A DNA stretch of 64,000 nt from the NCBI GenBank assembly GCA_050331235.1, contig JBHJHA010000039.1, positions 1-64,000 of the forward strand. The letters run 5' to 3'. The first letter of the stretch is position 1; each line of letters opens with the position of its first letter. The translations under genes and the position numbers were made by a program. Under the pieces are notes generated by a model, which saw only the letters and a list, made by a program, of their open reading frames with translations, ran no database searches and had not been told where the DNA came from. Of this stretch, positions 48,555 to 59,025 are shown in pieces. Origin of the DNA: Leptolyngbyaceae cyanobacterium. Its GTDB lineage: Bacteria > Cyanobacteriota > Cyanobacteriia > Phormidesmidales > Phormidesmidaceae.

Positions 48555-49967
48555 ATGCTCAACTTGTTGTCACTGGTGGGAATGGCGGGACTATGCTTTG
48601 TCGCTTGGTTGGGCTCTGAAGATCGACGCCGCATCCCTTGGAAACTCATTGCCGTTGGCATCGGCCTCCAACTGCTACTCGGGCTGCTAATCTTTCGGGC
48701 GCCGATTACCCGCGAGGTGGTGGTGTGGCTCAGCGGCATCCTCAATGCTTTAATTGATGCGTCTGAGGCGGGTTCGCGGTTTTTGTTTGGGCCCATCTTG
48801 GTGCCTGATTTGGGGGCGCAGGTCGGTCCCCAAGGGGCGGGCCGCTGGTTGGCCCGGGCGCTGACTCCACCTTTTACGCCGGTACCGGGCGATCGCCTCG
48901 GTGCCGATAGCCTGGGACTCGGCTACATTCTGGCGTTTCGAGCCCTGCCACAGGTCATTTTCTTCGCCGCGATTTTCAATCTGCTCTACAACCTGGGCGT
49001 GATTCAGCCAGTGGTGAATGTATTTGCCAAGTTCTTCCGCTCAGTGATGAATATCAGTGGAGCAGAGTCTCTGGCCGGGGCCGCCAATATCTTTGTGGGT
49101 ATTGAGTCGGCGATCGCCATCAAACCATTTTTGGTCAATATGACCCGCAGTGAGTTATGCGCAATCTTAGCCTCTTGCTTTGGCTCCATCGCCTCGACCG
49201 TATTGGGGCTGTATGCTGGTTATCTGCGCAGTACCTTTCCGGCGATCGCCGGACACCTGATGTCCGCATCGGTGCTCACGATTCCCGCGGCGTTTGTGAT
49301 GGCTAAAATTTTGGTGCCTGAAAAAGAGATTCCCGAAACCTTGGGCAAGGTACCGGAACTAGTACAGGTCGAAGCAGAAAACAAAAGTCCGATGGATGCG
49401 TTGATTGGGGGCGCGCTAGACGGCGTCAAAATGGCCGTCGGGATCGCCGCCTCGTTGATTACGATTTTGGGCTTGGTGGCCCTGCTCAACCTCCTATTTG
49501 CTTCGCTCGCTTCGCTGCAAACGAGTTCGATCGCGCTGCTGCGGCCTATCGGTCAGCTCTTTAGCGTTGTCACCTTAGACAACATTACTGGGGTGCTCTT
49601 TTTACCACTCACCTTTCTCACTGGGGTGTCCCTCGACTGGAATGAGCTGTGGACGTCTTCTGTATTGATCGGCCAACGATTATTGAAAACGGCCATTCCG
49701 CCTTATATTGCCCTAGCGGATTTATCGGCCGAGGGCGTGCTCAGCGATCGCGCCTTGGTGATTATCAGCTATGTGCTCTGTGGATTTGCCCATGTGCCCT
49801 CTGTCGGCATCTTTGTAGGTGGGTTGGCGGGCTTAGTGCCGTCCCGCAGCCACGACATTTCTTCCTTAGGCTGGAAAGCCCTGTGGGCGGGAACATTAGC
49901 AACCTTAATGACCGGCTGTGTGGCGGGCGTTTGGTTCTATGAGGGCACGGTTGTACTCGGTCGCTGA
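48555..49967 (+). CDS. nupC: Concentrative nucleoside transporter (CNT/NupC family)
   Basis: GSRFLFG, SGAESL..AANIFVG and YVLCGFAH; many TM segments. Confidence 0.92.
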   Translation: MLNLLSLVGMAGLCFVAWLGSEDRRRIPWKLIAVGIGLQLLLGLLIFRAPITREVVVWLSGILNALIDASEAGSRFLFGPILVPDLGAQVGPQGAGRWLARALTPPFTPVPGDRLGADSLGLGYILAFRALPQVIFFAAIFNLLYNLGVIQPVVNVFAKFFRSVMNISGAESLAGAANIFVGIESAIAIKPFLVNMTRSELCAILASCFGSIASTVLGLYAGYLRSTFPAIAGHLMSASVLTIPAAFVMAKILVPEKEIPETLGKVPELVQVEAENKSPMDALIGGALDGVKMAVGIAASLITILGLVALLNLLFASLASLQTSSIALLRPIGQLFSVVTLDNITGVLFLPLTFLTGVSLDWNELWTSSVLIGQRLLKTAIPPYIALADLSAEGVLSDRALVIISYVLCGFAHVPSVGIFVGGLAGLVPSRSHDISSLGWKALWAGTLATLMTGCVAGVWFYEGTVVLGR

Positions 49968-50089
49968 GCGATCGCGGAGGTTGCCGCAGTCGGCACACAG
50001 AAGCCCCATTGGCCGTCAGTTGCTTCATATCGCGATGAATTTACGGAGTTGATCAGTTGCTTTACGCCGCACTCAGCCAGATATTCAGT

Positions 50090-51004
50090 ATGCTTAAATG
50101 GCCCTTACGAATGGCGTTGGGCTATGGGGTCGTCGTGGGAAGCACGATAGTGCCTGCGGCAGGCTTGGCAGCGGCCCCAGCAAATTTGGCAGAGTCGCCC
50201 GAGAACAGCTTTTTATGGCAAATTGAGACACCGACCAACACGGTTTATCTGCTGGGGTCAATTCATTTCCTCGCGCCAGAAAACTATCCCCTCCCAACAG
50301 CCATGCAAACGGCCTTTGCTGAGGCTGAGTATCTCGTGTTAGAAGCCGATGTCGGACCGGGAACTGAGTTTGCCACCGCCATGCTGCTGTTCGATAAGGC
50401 CGTGCCGGAACCGGGCGAAATGCTCACCGAAGTACTGGGTCCTGAGAGCTATGAGCTCGCCGCTCAAAGGGCAGAAGCTCTGGGCATGGGTATGGGCTTC
50501 TTTGATCAGTATGAGCCCTGGTTTTTATCGGTGACGCTCACCTCACTGCAATTACTTTCCCTAGGGTTTTCCCCCGAGTATGGGGTTGATTTGCACTTTT
50601 ATGGGCAGGCCCAAGCCAGCGAAACCCCTATTTTGTTTTTAGAAACCGTGGAGCAGCAGTTCGACCTATTTGAGCAACTGTCCATTGACGAGCAGCGCTC
50701 ATTTACTGAGCAAACCTTAGCAGAGTTAGATCTGTTCGAGGCTTCCTTTGACGAAGTGTTAGCCGCCTGGAAGGCGGGCGATGGCGATCGCATGGCGGAG
50801 ATCTTACTCACGGGCTTTGAGAATTACCCGGGAATGCAAGACATTTTTCTCGGCGATCGCAATCGGGACTGGGTGACCCAGATTTTGCCCTGGCTCCAGA
50901 CGGACGATGACTACCTAATTGTGGGCGGGGCACTCCATCTAGTCGGCCCCGACAATGTGCTGGAGCTCCTAGAGGCCGAAGGTTACAACGCTAAGCAGCT
51001 TTAA
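50090..51004 (+). CDS. TraB/GumN (TIKI) family protein
   Basis: SFLWQI..YLLGSIH, GVD, LETVEQQ, RNRDW and GALHL. Confidence 0.9.
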   Translation: MLKWPLRMALGYGVVVGSTIVPAAGLAAAPANLAESPENSFLWQIETPTNTVYLLGSIHFLAPENYPLPTAMQTAFAEAEYLVLEADVGPGTEFATAMLLFDKAVPEPGEMLTEVLGPESYELAAQRAEALGMGMGFFDQYEPWFLSVTLTSLQLLSLGFSPEYGVDLHFYGQAQASETPILFLETVEQQFDLFEQLSIDEQRSFTEQTLAELDLFEASFDEVLAAWKAGDGDRMAEILLTGFENYPGMQDIFLGDRNRDWVTQILPWLQTDDDYLIVGGALHLVGPDNVLELLEAEGYNAKQL

Positions 51005-51022
51005 TAGCTCAGTCTTTGAGTC

Positions 51023-51937
51023 CTAATTTAGAGAAATCACATCTACCCAGTCGCGATATTGCGGTTCGCGATTTTCGACGATCTTCTTCAGGATTGTCTG
51101 CAGCTTTTCGGTCAGGGGGCGATCAGTGGGCAGGTGATAGTTTTCTAACTGTTTGACAGGGGCGATGCGCGCCGCAGTACCGCAGAGAAAGACCTCATCG
51201 GCCACCAAAAGCTCAGTGCGATCAACCGCGCGCTCAATCACGGTGATGCCCAGATCGCGAGCAACTTGAATCACACTGTTACGAGTAATGCCTTCTAAGA
51301 TGTCTTGATCAACGCCAGGCGTGATCAATTGCCCCTCGCGCACCAAGAAAATATTCATCCCGGAGGCTTCACTCACCTTGCCCTGGGAATTGAGCATAAT
51401 CGCCTCATCGAAGCCGGACTTTTTGGCTTCAGTTTTAGCTAAGGACGAGTTGATATAGCAACCAGTAATTTTGCCCCTGAGCGGCAGGTTGAGATCAGAT
51501 GGGCGCTGCCAAGAGCTGATGCGACAGGTAATCCCGAGAGGCGACAGGTAATCGCCCAGTGGCAGACCGTATACAGCAAAGTCATGCTCAACATCGTGAA
51601 TCCGAGGCGCAATGCCTAGGTCAGAGGTGTACACCAGTGGGCGAATGTAGAACGGCTCGGTGGGTTGATTCCGCCTGACAAATTCGATAATGGTGGATTT
51701 TATATGGGCAGCATCAAGCTCGTACTGCAAAAAATGAGCACTTTGGCTCAGACGCTGACAGTGTCTCTCCAAGCGAAACAGCAATACCTGCTGTGGATTT
51801 TCGGGGTCAGGAAGACCTCTCAGGCCACCAAAAGCGCCGGTGCCGTAATGCAATCCATGGGTCGCGATGGAAAGAGTTGCTTCCTCAAAGGAACAAAACT
51901 TTTTTTGAAAATACGCAATGGGCAGGAACTGTGGCAT
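51023..51937 (-). CDS. ilvE: Branched-chain amino acid aminotransferase
   Basis: HGLHYGTGAFGG, RGKI, GFDEAI, EASGMN, ILEGITR and DEVFLCGT. Confidence 0.95.
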   Translation of the reverse strand: MPQFLPIAYFQKKFCSFEEATLSIATHGLHYGTGAFGGLRGLPDPENPQQVLLFRLERHCQRLSQSAHFLQYELDAAHIKSTIIEFVRRNQPTEPFYIRPLVYTSDLGIAPRIHDVEHDFAVYGLPLGDYLSPLGITCRISSWQRPSDLNLPLRGKITGCYINSSLAKTEAKKSGFDEAIMLNSQGKVSEASGMNIFLVREGQLITPGVDQDILEGITRNSVIQVARDLGITVIERAVDRTELLVADEVFLCGTAARIAPVKQLENYHLPTDRPLTEKLQTILKKIVENREPQYRDWVDVISLN

Positions 51938-52065
51938 CGGTCATCCCTATGTCTGTCAGTGAGTGAAAATATTGTCGTAAAAAATGCCAATTTAGGAAAC
52001 GCTAATGTGTGTAAACCGTAAGATTTACTCCGATGTGTATTCGTGAGGCCCTCTTGTGCTACAAG

Positions 52066-52641
52066 CTAACGAATAACGCTCATGACAGGTGGCTCTGGAG
52101 CTCCCGATTGGGGCCAAGGACCTGGGGGAGCGGCTGGCAGATCAACCTCACTGACTTGGGTATCGTAAAGCCGAAAGCCCCGAGCTTCGTAGTTTTTGTA
52201 GGCGTACTGGCTGTCTAACGAACAGGTATGCAGCCAGACCCGTTGCTGGGTGATTTGCCATGCTCGTTCAATCCCGATGGTCAATAAATGCCCACCGATA
52301 CCTTGCCCAATGAACTGAGGCAGCAGGCCAAAGTAGTCAAGCTTGACGCTGTGATCGGACTGGGTTTCTAGCTCCACGTAGCCGGCTGGGGTCCCGGATC
52401 GGTAAGCAACCCAGGTCTCTAACTCAGGGCGGTCAAGGTGGGCGAGCCACTGGTCGTAGTCCCAGGAGAGGCGATCGCACCAATGCCAAAATCCACCCAC
52501 GCTGGTGTAAAGAAAGCGGCTGAACTCTGGCGATGGAATCTTCGCCTGCTGCACAGTCAGCATGGCGAGATCGGACCGCTTGGGTCGCAATTCATTGGGC
52601 GATCGCATTTCTAGATACCAAGTGGTGATTTGGGTGGCCAT
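52066..52641 (-). CDS. GNAT family N-acetyltransferase
   Basis: YFGLLPQFIGQGIGGHLL and WLHTCSLD...NYEARGF. Confidence 0.9.
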   Translation of the reverse strand: MATQITTWYLEMRSPNELRPKRSDLAMLTVQQAKIPSPEFSRFLYTSVGGFWHWCDRLSWDYDQWLAHLDRPELETWVAYRSGTPAGYVELETQSDHSVKLDYFGLLPQFIGQGIGGHLLTIGIERAWQITQQRVWLHTCSLDSQYAYKNYEARGFRLYDTQVSEVDLPAAPPGPWPQSGAPEPPVMSVIR

Positions 52642-52675
52642 AGCGCTGCGATCGCCCCGTTGATAAACCAAAGTG

Positions 52676-52966
52676 CTACTGATAATAGCGCTTCTCCAGC
52701 CACACGCGGACGTCCTGTTCGGAAGTCAGGGTATGACGAGACTGATCGACGGGATCGTAAATCTCAAAAACGGGTTGTCCCTCAGAATCCTGCTGCACGC
52801 TAATGCGTGGCTCTTGGGAGCCGGTGAAATACCGCAAGAGCGCACTACCCCAGCGTTGTAGCCGGGCGATCGCCGCTGCCTGATCGCGTCCCGTTGGCGA
52901 TCTGAGCTCAAGGAGTTGGTCCGGTGATAGCAGTTCTAACCGGGCATAAAGGTGTTTGGATGGCAC
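52676..52966 (-). CDS. Small hypothetical protein divergent from the MocR regulator
   Basis: 96 aa with a structured C-terminus, EPRI...YDP...SEQDVRVWLEKRYY; GAGG upstream of the GTG start. Confidence 0.72.
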   Translation of the reverse strand: MPSKHLYARLELLSPDQLLELRSPTGRDQAAAIARLQRWGSALLRYFTGSQEPRISVQQDSEGQPVFEIYDPVDQSRHTLTSEQDVRVWLEKRYYQ

Positions 52967-53074
52967 GAGTCTGTCCTCTTATCAACAAGGTCAGCTCGAA
53001 TCGATTCGGCATGGCTTTAGTCTCCTTAATTTATCGATCTTCGACCAGAGGCAATCAGGCTAAATTGTGTTGGT

Positions 53075-53125
53075 AACAGTGGGATTCTGTGAAACTGTTC
53101 TGTTCCAAATCGAGGCAAACTGTTC
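53075..53125. promoter_or_regulatory. Candidate MocR-family operator (two direct repeats plus one inverted copy)
   Basis: AAACTGTTC at 53092-53100 and 53117-53125, and an inverted AACAGT at 53075-53080, in the divergent promoter region. Confidence 0.55.
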
Positions 53126-53198
53126 CTACTCATTTCAGAACTGAGCTGTAACCCTAGAGGAGCAAGCTGGAAACGGATCGTATCCGTGGGAGCTGATC

Positions 53199-54680
53199 AT
53201 GAAAATCTCTCCAATTGCGCTGGAAGACCATCAAATTTTGTATGAGCAGGTTGCTGAGCGGCTGCAAACGCTGATCACCGAAAAGACGCTCAAAGCAGGC
53301 GATCGCCTGCCATCGGTGCGCAACCTTCGGCAACAGCTATCGGTGAGCACATCTACGGTGCTAGAGGCCTATCGGTTGCTGGAGGATCGGGGACTCATCA
53401 CCGCCCGCCCCCAGTCAGGGTATTACGTCAAAGCGACCGCGTTACACCTCCTCCAGGAACCTTCAGCATCCGCACCACTGGTACAGGCTCATCGAGTCGA
53501 TACCCCACTGTCGATGCGGCTGTTGATGGCCACTCAAAACCCAGCGGTGATCCAGCTAGGAGCGGCGCTGCCGCCGCTATCTCACATGCCTCTTAACCAG
53601 CTCAATCGCTTGACTAGCAAAGTCCTCCGGGAAAATCCCGAAGCGGCCCACGCCTATAGCAACCCACTCGGCGATCCGGGGTTGCGGTCAGCCCTGGCCA
53701 AGCGCATGTTAGATACCGGCTGCGCCGTCTCCCCTGAAGACTTGCTGGTGACGAATGGGGCGATCGAGGCCATCTATCTTTCTCTGCAAGCGCTGACCCA
53801 GCCCGGCGACACCGTTGCGGTGGAGTCGCCAACTTATCACACCATGCTGGAAGCACTCAAAAAGCTCCATCTCAAGGTGCTGACGTTGCCGACCCATCCG
53901 CGCGAGGGTATTAGTTTGTCCCACTTAGAGGCGGCCCTTCGCACCCAATCGATCAAAGCCATCATGCTCGTTTCCAACTTCAGTAATCCACTGGGCATCT
54001 GCATGAGTGATGTTAAGAAAAAGCAGTTGGTGGCACTGCTCAATCATTACGAGGTGCCCCTGATTGAAGACGACGTTTATGGCGAGCTCTGCTTCGTTGG
54101 CAGCCGCCCCAAAGCGGTTAAAGCTTTTGATACTGAGCAGCGAGTGATTTACTGTGCATCTTTGAGCAAGACCTTATCGCCAGGGTTACGCATTGGTTGG
54201 TGTGTGGCCGGTCGATACCAGGGCCAAGTAGCCTCACTAAAGTCTGTGGTTAATTTGGGGACGGCGATCGCTCCCCAGTTGACGGCCGCTGCCTTTTTGG
54301 CGAACGGCGGGTTTGACCGGCACTTGCGCCAACTGCGGCGAGCCTACCAAGAACAAATGGCCCGTATGCAGCAGGCGATCGCTGATTACTTTCCCCAAGA
54401 GACTCGGGTCACTCGTCCTACCGGTGGCCATATCCTGTGGGTTGAGATGCCAGCCGAGTTTGATGCGTTAGCCCTACACCAGGAAGCGCTGACCCATAAC
54501 ATCAGTATTGTGCCAGGGATCATGTTTTCCGCCTCAGGCAGCGATTATCAAAACTGCTTTCGGTTAAATACAGGTATTCCCTGGTCAGATCAGGTCGACC
54601 AAGCGATGCAGACCCTGGGACAGTTGGCCAAAGTGCAACTAGCCCGGCACCTGCTCCAGCTAGAGGCCAGAGATGTTTGA
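53199..54680 (+). CDS. MocR/GabR family PLP-dependent GntR regulator
   Basis: wHTH (LPSVRNL..STSTVLEAYRLLE) plus an aminotransferase-like domain (EDDVYGEL, SLSKTLSPGLRIGW). Confidence 0.95.
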   Translation: MKISPIALEDHQILYEQVAERLQTLITEKTLKAGDRLPSVRNLRQQLSVSTSTVLEAYRLLEDRGLITARPQSGYYVKATALHLLQEPSASAPLVQAHRVDTPLSMRLLMATQNPAVIQLGAALPPLSHMPLNQLNRLTSKVLRENPEAAHAYSNPLGDPGLRSALAKRMLDTGCAVSPEDLLVTNGAIEAIYLSLQALTQPGDTVAVESPTYHTMLEALKKLHLKVLTLPTHPREGISLSHLEAALRTQSIKAIMLVSNFSNPLGICMSDVKKKQLVALLNHYEVPLIEDDVYGELCFVGSRPKAVKAFDTEQRVIYCASLSKTLSPGLRIGWCVAGRYQGQVASLKSVVNLGTAIAPQLTAAAFLANGGFDRHLRQLRRAYQEQMARMQQAIADYFPQETRVTRPTGGHILWVEMPAEFDALALHQEALTHNISIVPGIMFSASGSDYQNCFRLNTGIPWSDQVDQAMQTLGQLAKVQLARHLLQLEARDV

Positions 54681-54689
54681 TCCGGACGA

Positions 54690-55994
54690 CTAAGCTTCTT
54701 TTGACACAGGCTTAGGCAGGTTTTCAAGCAAGATCTCTTCTTGGTGTCGCACACTGTTCATCGCGGTCTCCCAAGGAAAGGTGAAAGACTCAAAGGAATC
54801 AGGCGATATCAAATCATTGTCAAGGTCAGACACCACCTCTCGCAGCATGGTAAACAGCTGGCGACGCAGCGCTTCAAGCTCCTCTAACTGTTCGGTTTGA
54901 TTGATCCGCTCAATCAAATCAAGCAGCTCAACGTTGTAAAAGTCTGCGCGATTTTTTTGACGCCCCTTGAGCCACATGCGAAATTGCCAAAGGCTAGAGG
55001 CCAGCAAAACTGATACCGAAATCATGAGGCCAATCGGTTCAGCATATTCCACAATAAATTCGGGTTCGTCGCGATCATAAAATGCCTGTGCGCCCGGATG
55101 CAGCGGCAGCCCCAAATCATTGCCCGAGTCTGGGAGCCGAATGAGAGCAGCCCGAGGATATCGGCTCACGAGCTCGTTGCGGTAAGTGTATAGCGTGGTG
55201 GTCAACGCATGGGCGACTTCGTCCGGCAGGTTTTCGTGGGTCACTAAGACAGCATTTACCGCCACGACCGGTAAATCGGTGGCGGGCAACGGGCGCTCAC
55301 CGTTGTATGTCCCCTTGGGAATCATCTGCGCTTCGAGATAGGGAAGCGACAACTGCAAAGCAGCGACCTGATCGATCGCCAATAGCTCGATCGCCTCGTC
55401 TTGCAGCACTGTCTTTAAAGCTGGGTTGCCCAAGGTGATGACTCGAAACAGAGCATCAGCTTCCCCTGCTACCAGAGCTTGATAGGCGCTTTCCGATTCC
55501 TGTGGACTCACTTGAAAGTCACCCGGGGTCAGATTGTAATGTTCTGCCAGGGGCCAAAAAAGCGCATAGGAGCCGCTCCCCTCAGGCATCAATGCAATGT
55601 TTTGATCCCGGAGATCCGCTACTGTTTGGATTTTGGCCTCTTTGCGCACGAGCAGGTGAAACATCTCAGGAAAGAGGCGGGCGATCGCTCGCACCGGTCT
55701 TTCTACTGGGGTGTCGCTTTGCACTAGCGCCAGTTGAGCTTCGCTATCGCGCAGCAAACCCATGTTTTGGGCCGACCCTTCAGTTTCGATGACTTCAATC
55801 TGAATCTGGGGATAATTTTGGCCCACGACTTCCGCCAGGGCTTTGCTGAAGGCATAATACTCGCCGGTCTTGCTGCCAGAGGCCAACGTGAGCTCATAGA
55901 CCCGATTGCGCTCTTGCCAGCTTTTGAGACCAAAGCCTACAGCGCCTAAAACACTTAAGAAAACAACAAAAACTGTAACGCGGTTACCGAGCAT
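54690..55994 (-). CDS. TAXI-family TRAP solute receptor with a C-terminal membrane/helical extension
   Basis: SGSKTGEYY, TEGSAQN, LVQSD, GSGS, IPKGTY and PLHPGA. Confidence 0.88.
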   Translation of the reverse strand: MLGNRVTVFVVFLSVLGAVGFGLKSWQERNRVYELTLASGSKTGEYYAFSKALAEVVGQNYPQIQIEVIETEGSAQNMGLLRDSEAQLALVQSDTPVERPVRAIARLFPEMFHLLVRKEAKIQTVADLRDQNIALMPEGSGSYALFWPLAEHYNLTPGDFQVSPQESESAYQALVAGEADALFRVITLGNPALKTVLQDEAIELLAIDQVAALQLSLPYLEAQMIPKGTYNGERPLPATDLPVVAVNAVLVTHENLPDEVAHALTTTLYTYRNELVSRYPRAALIRLPDSGNDLGLPLHPGAQAFYDRDEPEFIVEYAEPIGLMISVSVLLASSLWQFRMWLKGRQKNRADFYNVELLDLIERINQTEQLEELEALRRQLFTMLREVVSDLDNDLISPDSFESFTFPWETAMNSVRHQEEILLENLPKPVSKEA

Positions 55995-56618
55995 TATTGT
56001 CCATTTGTAGAACGTGGCCTATGTCCGATGCTACTGGAAGATAGAAGCATCGAAACCGCTGATCTTCAACAGCATAATCAGGTCCAGTCATTTCGCTCTG
56101 ACAGTGATACCGTCTGCACAGGGCCCGTGGGCAGTAGCCCCCGAGGCGGCCAGCTACTTGTGTCTGTAAACATTCCTTGGCTGAGCAGGCGGTTCCGCTA
56201 CATAAGAACCTCTCAACCGCTCTTCAAATAGCCGCGCGACAATCAACTAGTGGCTATTGGGGATGATTTGATTGCTTTAGCGGCGGGCAGAAAATTTCAG
56301 GCAACATCATAACGCTGATGGTTTTTCCGTCGGAGGCGTCAGAAAATTATGGGAGTTTGAGTACAAGCAGGCAAATTCTACGCGTCAGATTACTTATCGG
56401 AATTTCTGTAAATCTCTGTCAGCCTTTCAGTAAAAATCACCCTGCTCAACAAATCAGCCAATTGCTGATAAGCTCTGAAAAATAATAAAAGCATCTGAAC
56501 CCAGAGATCTCTTTCAACCCTTATAAAATTTGCTTAATTATGCAGGGGATTGTGCCTCAAAATACGGATGGTATGATCACTCCAGCAATTGTCCAGATTT
56601 CAGGAACTTTGGAAGCCA

Positions 56619-58220
56619 ATGACTCAAGCGCCTGTTTCACCGATGGTGCTCATCATTTTAGATGGCTGGGGATATCGAGTAGAAGCTGATGGCAATGCCG
56701 TGACTGTTGCTGACACGCCAATCATGGATAGTCTTTGGCATGCCTACCCACATACTTTGATTCGTACATCGGGCAAAGATGTCGGCTTACCCGAAGGACA
56801 AATGGGGAACTCCGAGGTAGGTCATCTCAATATTGGTGCTGGCCGCATCGTGCCTCAGGAACTGGTGAGAATCTCAGACGCCATTGAAGATGGCAGCATT
56901 CAAGAAAACCAAGCTCTTTTAGAGACTTGTCAGGCAGTACGCTTTCGTAACAGCAAACTGCATTTGATTGGCCTATGTTCAGAGGGGGGAGTGCATTCTC
57001 ACTTAAATCATCTGTTTGGCCTGATTGAAATGGCTAAAGCCCAGGACATATCCGAGGTCTGTTTGCATGTCATTACTGACGGCAGAGACACCAAGCCGAC
57101 GGATGGCTACCGTTCAATGCAGAAAATTCAGGACTTTGTGGAGGCCCAAGGGTTTGGCCGCATTGTCACGCTGAGCGGTCGGTACTATGCCATGGACCGC
57201 GATCGCCGCTGGGATCGGATCAAAAAGGCCTACGACGTCATGGTCAATGATGGCGTAGGCGACGATCGCACCGCTGTTGAGGTGATGCAGGCAGCCTATT
57301 CTGCTGAGATTACGGATGAGTTTATTGAGCCTGTGCGCTTAGCACCGGGGGCGATTGCGCCAGGGGATGGGGTGATCTTTTTCAACTTCCGGCCAGATCG
57401 AGCCAGACAGTTGACCCAGGTATTTGTCGATCCTGAGTTTGACGGCTTTGAGCGATCGCAGATTGAGCCCTTGTCATTTGCCACCATGACTCAGTACGAC
57501 TCCCGGTTATCCACTGTCAAAGTGGCATTTCCGCCTCAAAACCTCGACCGGATTCTGGGCCAAGTGATTGCAGAGCACGGTCTCAATCAATTTCGGACGG
57601 CTGAGACTGAGAAATATGCTCACGTTACTTACTTTTTTAATGGCGGGCTAGAAGATCCTTTCCCGGGCGAAGACCGGGAGCTGATCCAAAGCCCACAGGT
57701 AACTACTTACGATAAGGCCCCTCCCATGGCCGCTGCCCAAGTCACCGAAACGGCAATCAGAGCAATTCAAAAAGGGCGCTACTCCTTCATCGTCATCAAC
57801 TATGCCAACCCTGATATGGTTGGCCATACGGGCAACTTAGAGGCCACGGTCGAAGCATTGCAAACGGTGGATACAGAGCTGGGACGCTTGCTGCAGGCCA
57901 TTAGCCAAGCTGGCGGCTCTGCAATTATCACCGCCGATCACGGCAATGCAGAATATATGTGGGATGAGAACCACAAACCCTGGACGGCGCACACAACTAA
58001 CCCGGTTCCGTTTGTGCTAATAGAAGGGGAAAAGTTGAAAATTCCAGGCCATGGCACAGAAGTTGAATTGCGCACCGATGGTCGCCTGTCTGACATTGCC
58101 CCCACCATTTTGGATATTCTGAATATTCCTCAACCTGAAGAAATGACTGGCCGCTCCATGATTGTTGGTGCTGCTGTGGATGTCCGCCCCAATCGAACCC
58201 CGGTGAAGGTTGGTCTTTAG
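56619..58220 (+). CDS. gpmI: 2,3-bisphosphoglycerate-independent phosphoglycerate mutase
   Basis: ILDGWG, GQMGNSEVGH, GGVHSH, GRYYAMDRD, NPDMVGHTG and ADHGNAE. Confidence 0.98.
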   Translation: MTQAPVSPMVLIILDGWGYRVEADGNAVTVADTPIMDSLWHAYPHTLIRTSGKDVGLPEGQMGNSEVGHLNIGAGRIVPQELVRISDAIEDGSIQENQALLETCQAVRFRNSKLHLIGLCSEGGVHSHLNHLFGLIEMAKAQDISEVCLHVITDGRDTKPTDGYRSMQKIQDFVEAQGFGRIVTLSGRYYAMDRDRRWDRIKKAYDVMVNDGVGDDRTAVEVMQAAYSAEITDEFIEPVRLAPGAIAPGDGVIFFNFRPDRARQLTQVFVDPEFDGFERSQIEPLSFATMTQYDSRLSTVKVAFPPQNLDRILGQVIAEHGLNQFRTAETEKYAHVTYFFNGGLEDPFPGEDRELIQSPQVTTYDKAPPMAAAQVTETAIRAIQKGRYSFIVINYANPDMVGHTGNLEATVEALQTVDTELGRLLQAISQAGGSAIITADHGNAEYMWDENHKPWTAHTTNPVPFVLIEGEKLKIPGHGTEVELRTDGRLSDIAPTILDILNIPQPEEMTGRSMIVGAAVDVRPNRTPVKVGL

Positions 58221-58328
58221 CTCTGAGTGGGCCGCTTAACGAAGCGTGCTCTGCAGGTTAGTATGGTTGGTGACTATCCTCCCGATCAGGAGGAGGCTAG
58301 TCAATCTGATTTCTGGCAAGAATGTAAT

Positions 58329-58571
58329 ATGGCTGTAGTTTCAATTATCAAAATTATTTGGGCAGTATCTGCGGTGGGCTTGACGGTGCTCGTCTTGCTT
58401 CATAGTCCCAAAGGAGACGGCTTAGGAGCGCTCGGGGGGCAGGCTCAACTGTTTACCAGTACCAAAAGCGCAGAAACAACTCTCAATCGAGTGCCCTGGA
58501 CCCTTACAGCCTTATTTATGGGGTTGACCGTTGTTTTGAGTGCCGGATGGTTGACGCCGCCTGTTGGGTAA
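58329..58571 (+). CDS. secG: Preprotein translocase subunit SecG
   Basis: LVLLHSPKGDGLG..GGQAQLFTSTKSAETTLNR; follows gpmI. Confidence 0.95.
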   Translation: MAVVSIIKIIWAVSAVGLTVLVLLHSPKGDGLGALGGQAQLFTSTKSAETTLNRVPWTLTALFMGLTVVLSAGWLTPPVG

Positions 58572-58616
58572 CGATTGGCGGACTCGATCAAAGCATATTG
58601 ATCCTTTAAAGTCGGT

Positions 58617-58649
58617 TAAACCCCAGAGCCTGGAAAGCTCTGGGGTTTA
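58617..58649. terminator. Intrinsic terminator after secG (possibly bidirectional)
   Basis: TAAACCCCAGAGC-ctggaaa-GCTCTGGGGTTTA. Confidence 0.75.
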
Positions 58650-59025
58650 GTTGATTTAGGGGTTCTGGCAAGCCTTGATATTCCTATGCAACAGGGTATA
58701 CAGATTTATCGGGTTGGAAGTACGGGAAAGACCCTGCTGCGCGTGCTCCTGGTGATTGAAAGGGTTCAAACTTGACTGAGGCTCGCCATGGCAGTCACAA
58801 ATGCTAGCCTTCAACCTTTTTTTCCTCTATTTTGAACGGAGGGAGGACAGGAGGGGATTAGAAGGGCTCCACTGCCTGCCCATCCCCTCAAAGCCAGTTG
58901 CCAACGGATTGACAAGACTACTGAATGCTGGAGCGCAATCAAGTTGATGACGCGATCGCAGATTTATCGTGGCTATGATGAGAATTCACTCACCCCTTAG
59001 ATAGCAAAACCATTGTGTCAGCAAC

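Noticed and set aside
58650..59025. tRNA or mobile element after secG
   Set aside because: There is no cloverleaf with a proper T-arm and acceptor stem, only a purine-rich degenerate repeat-like patch.
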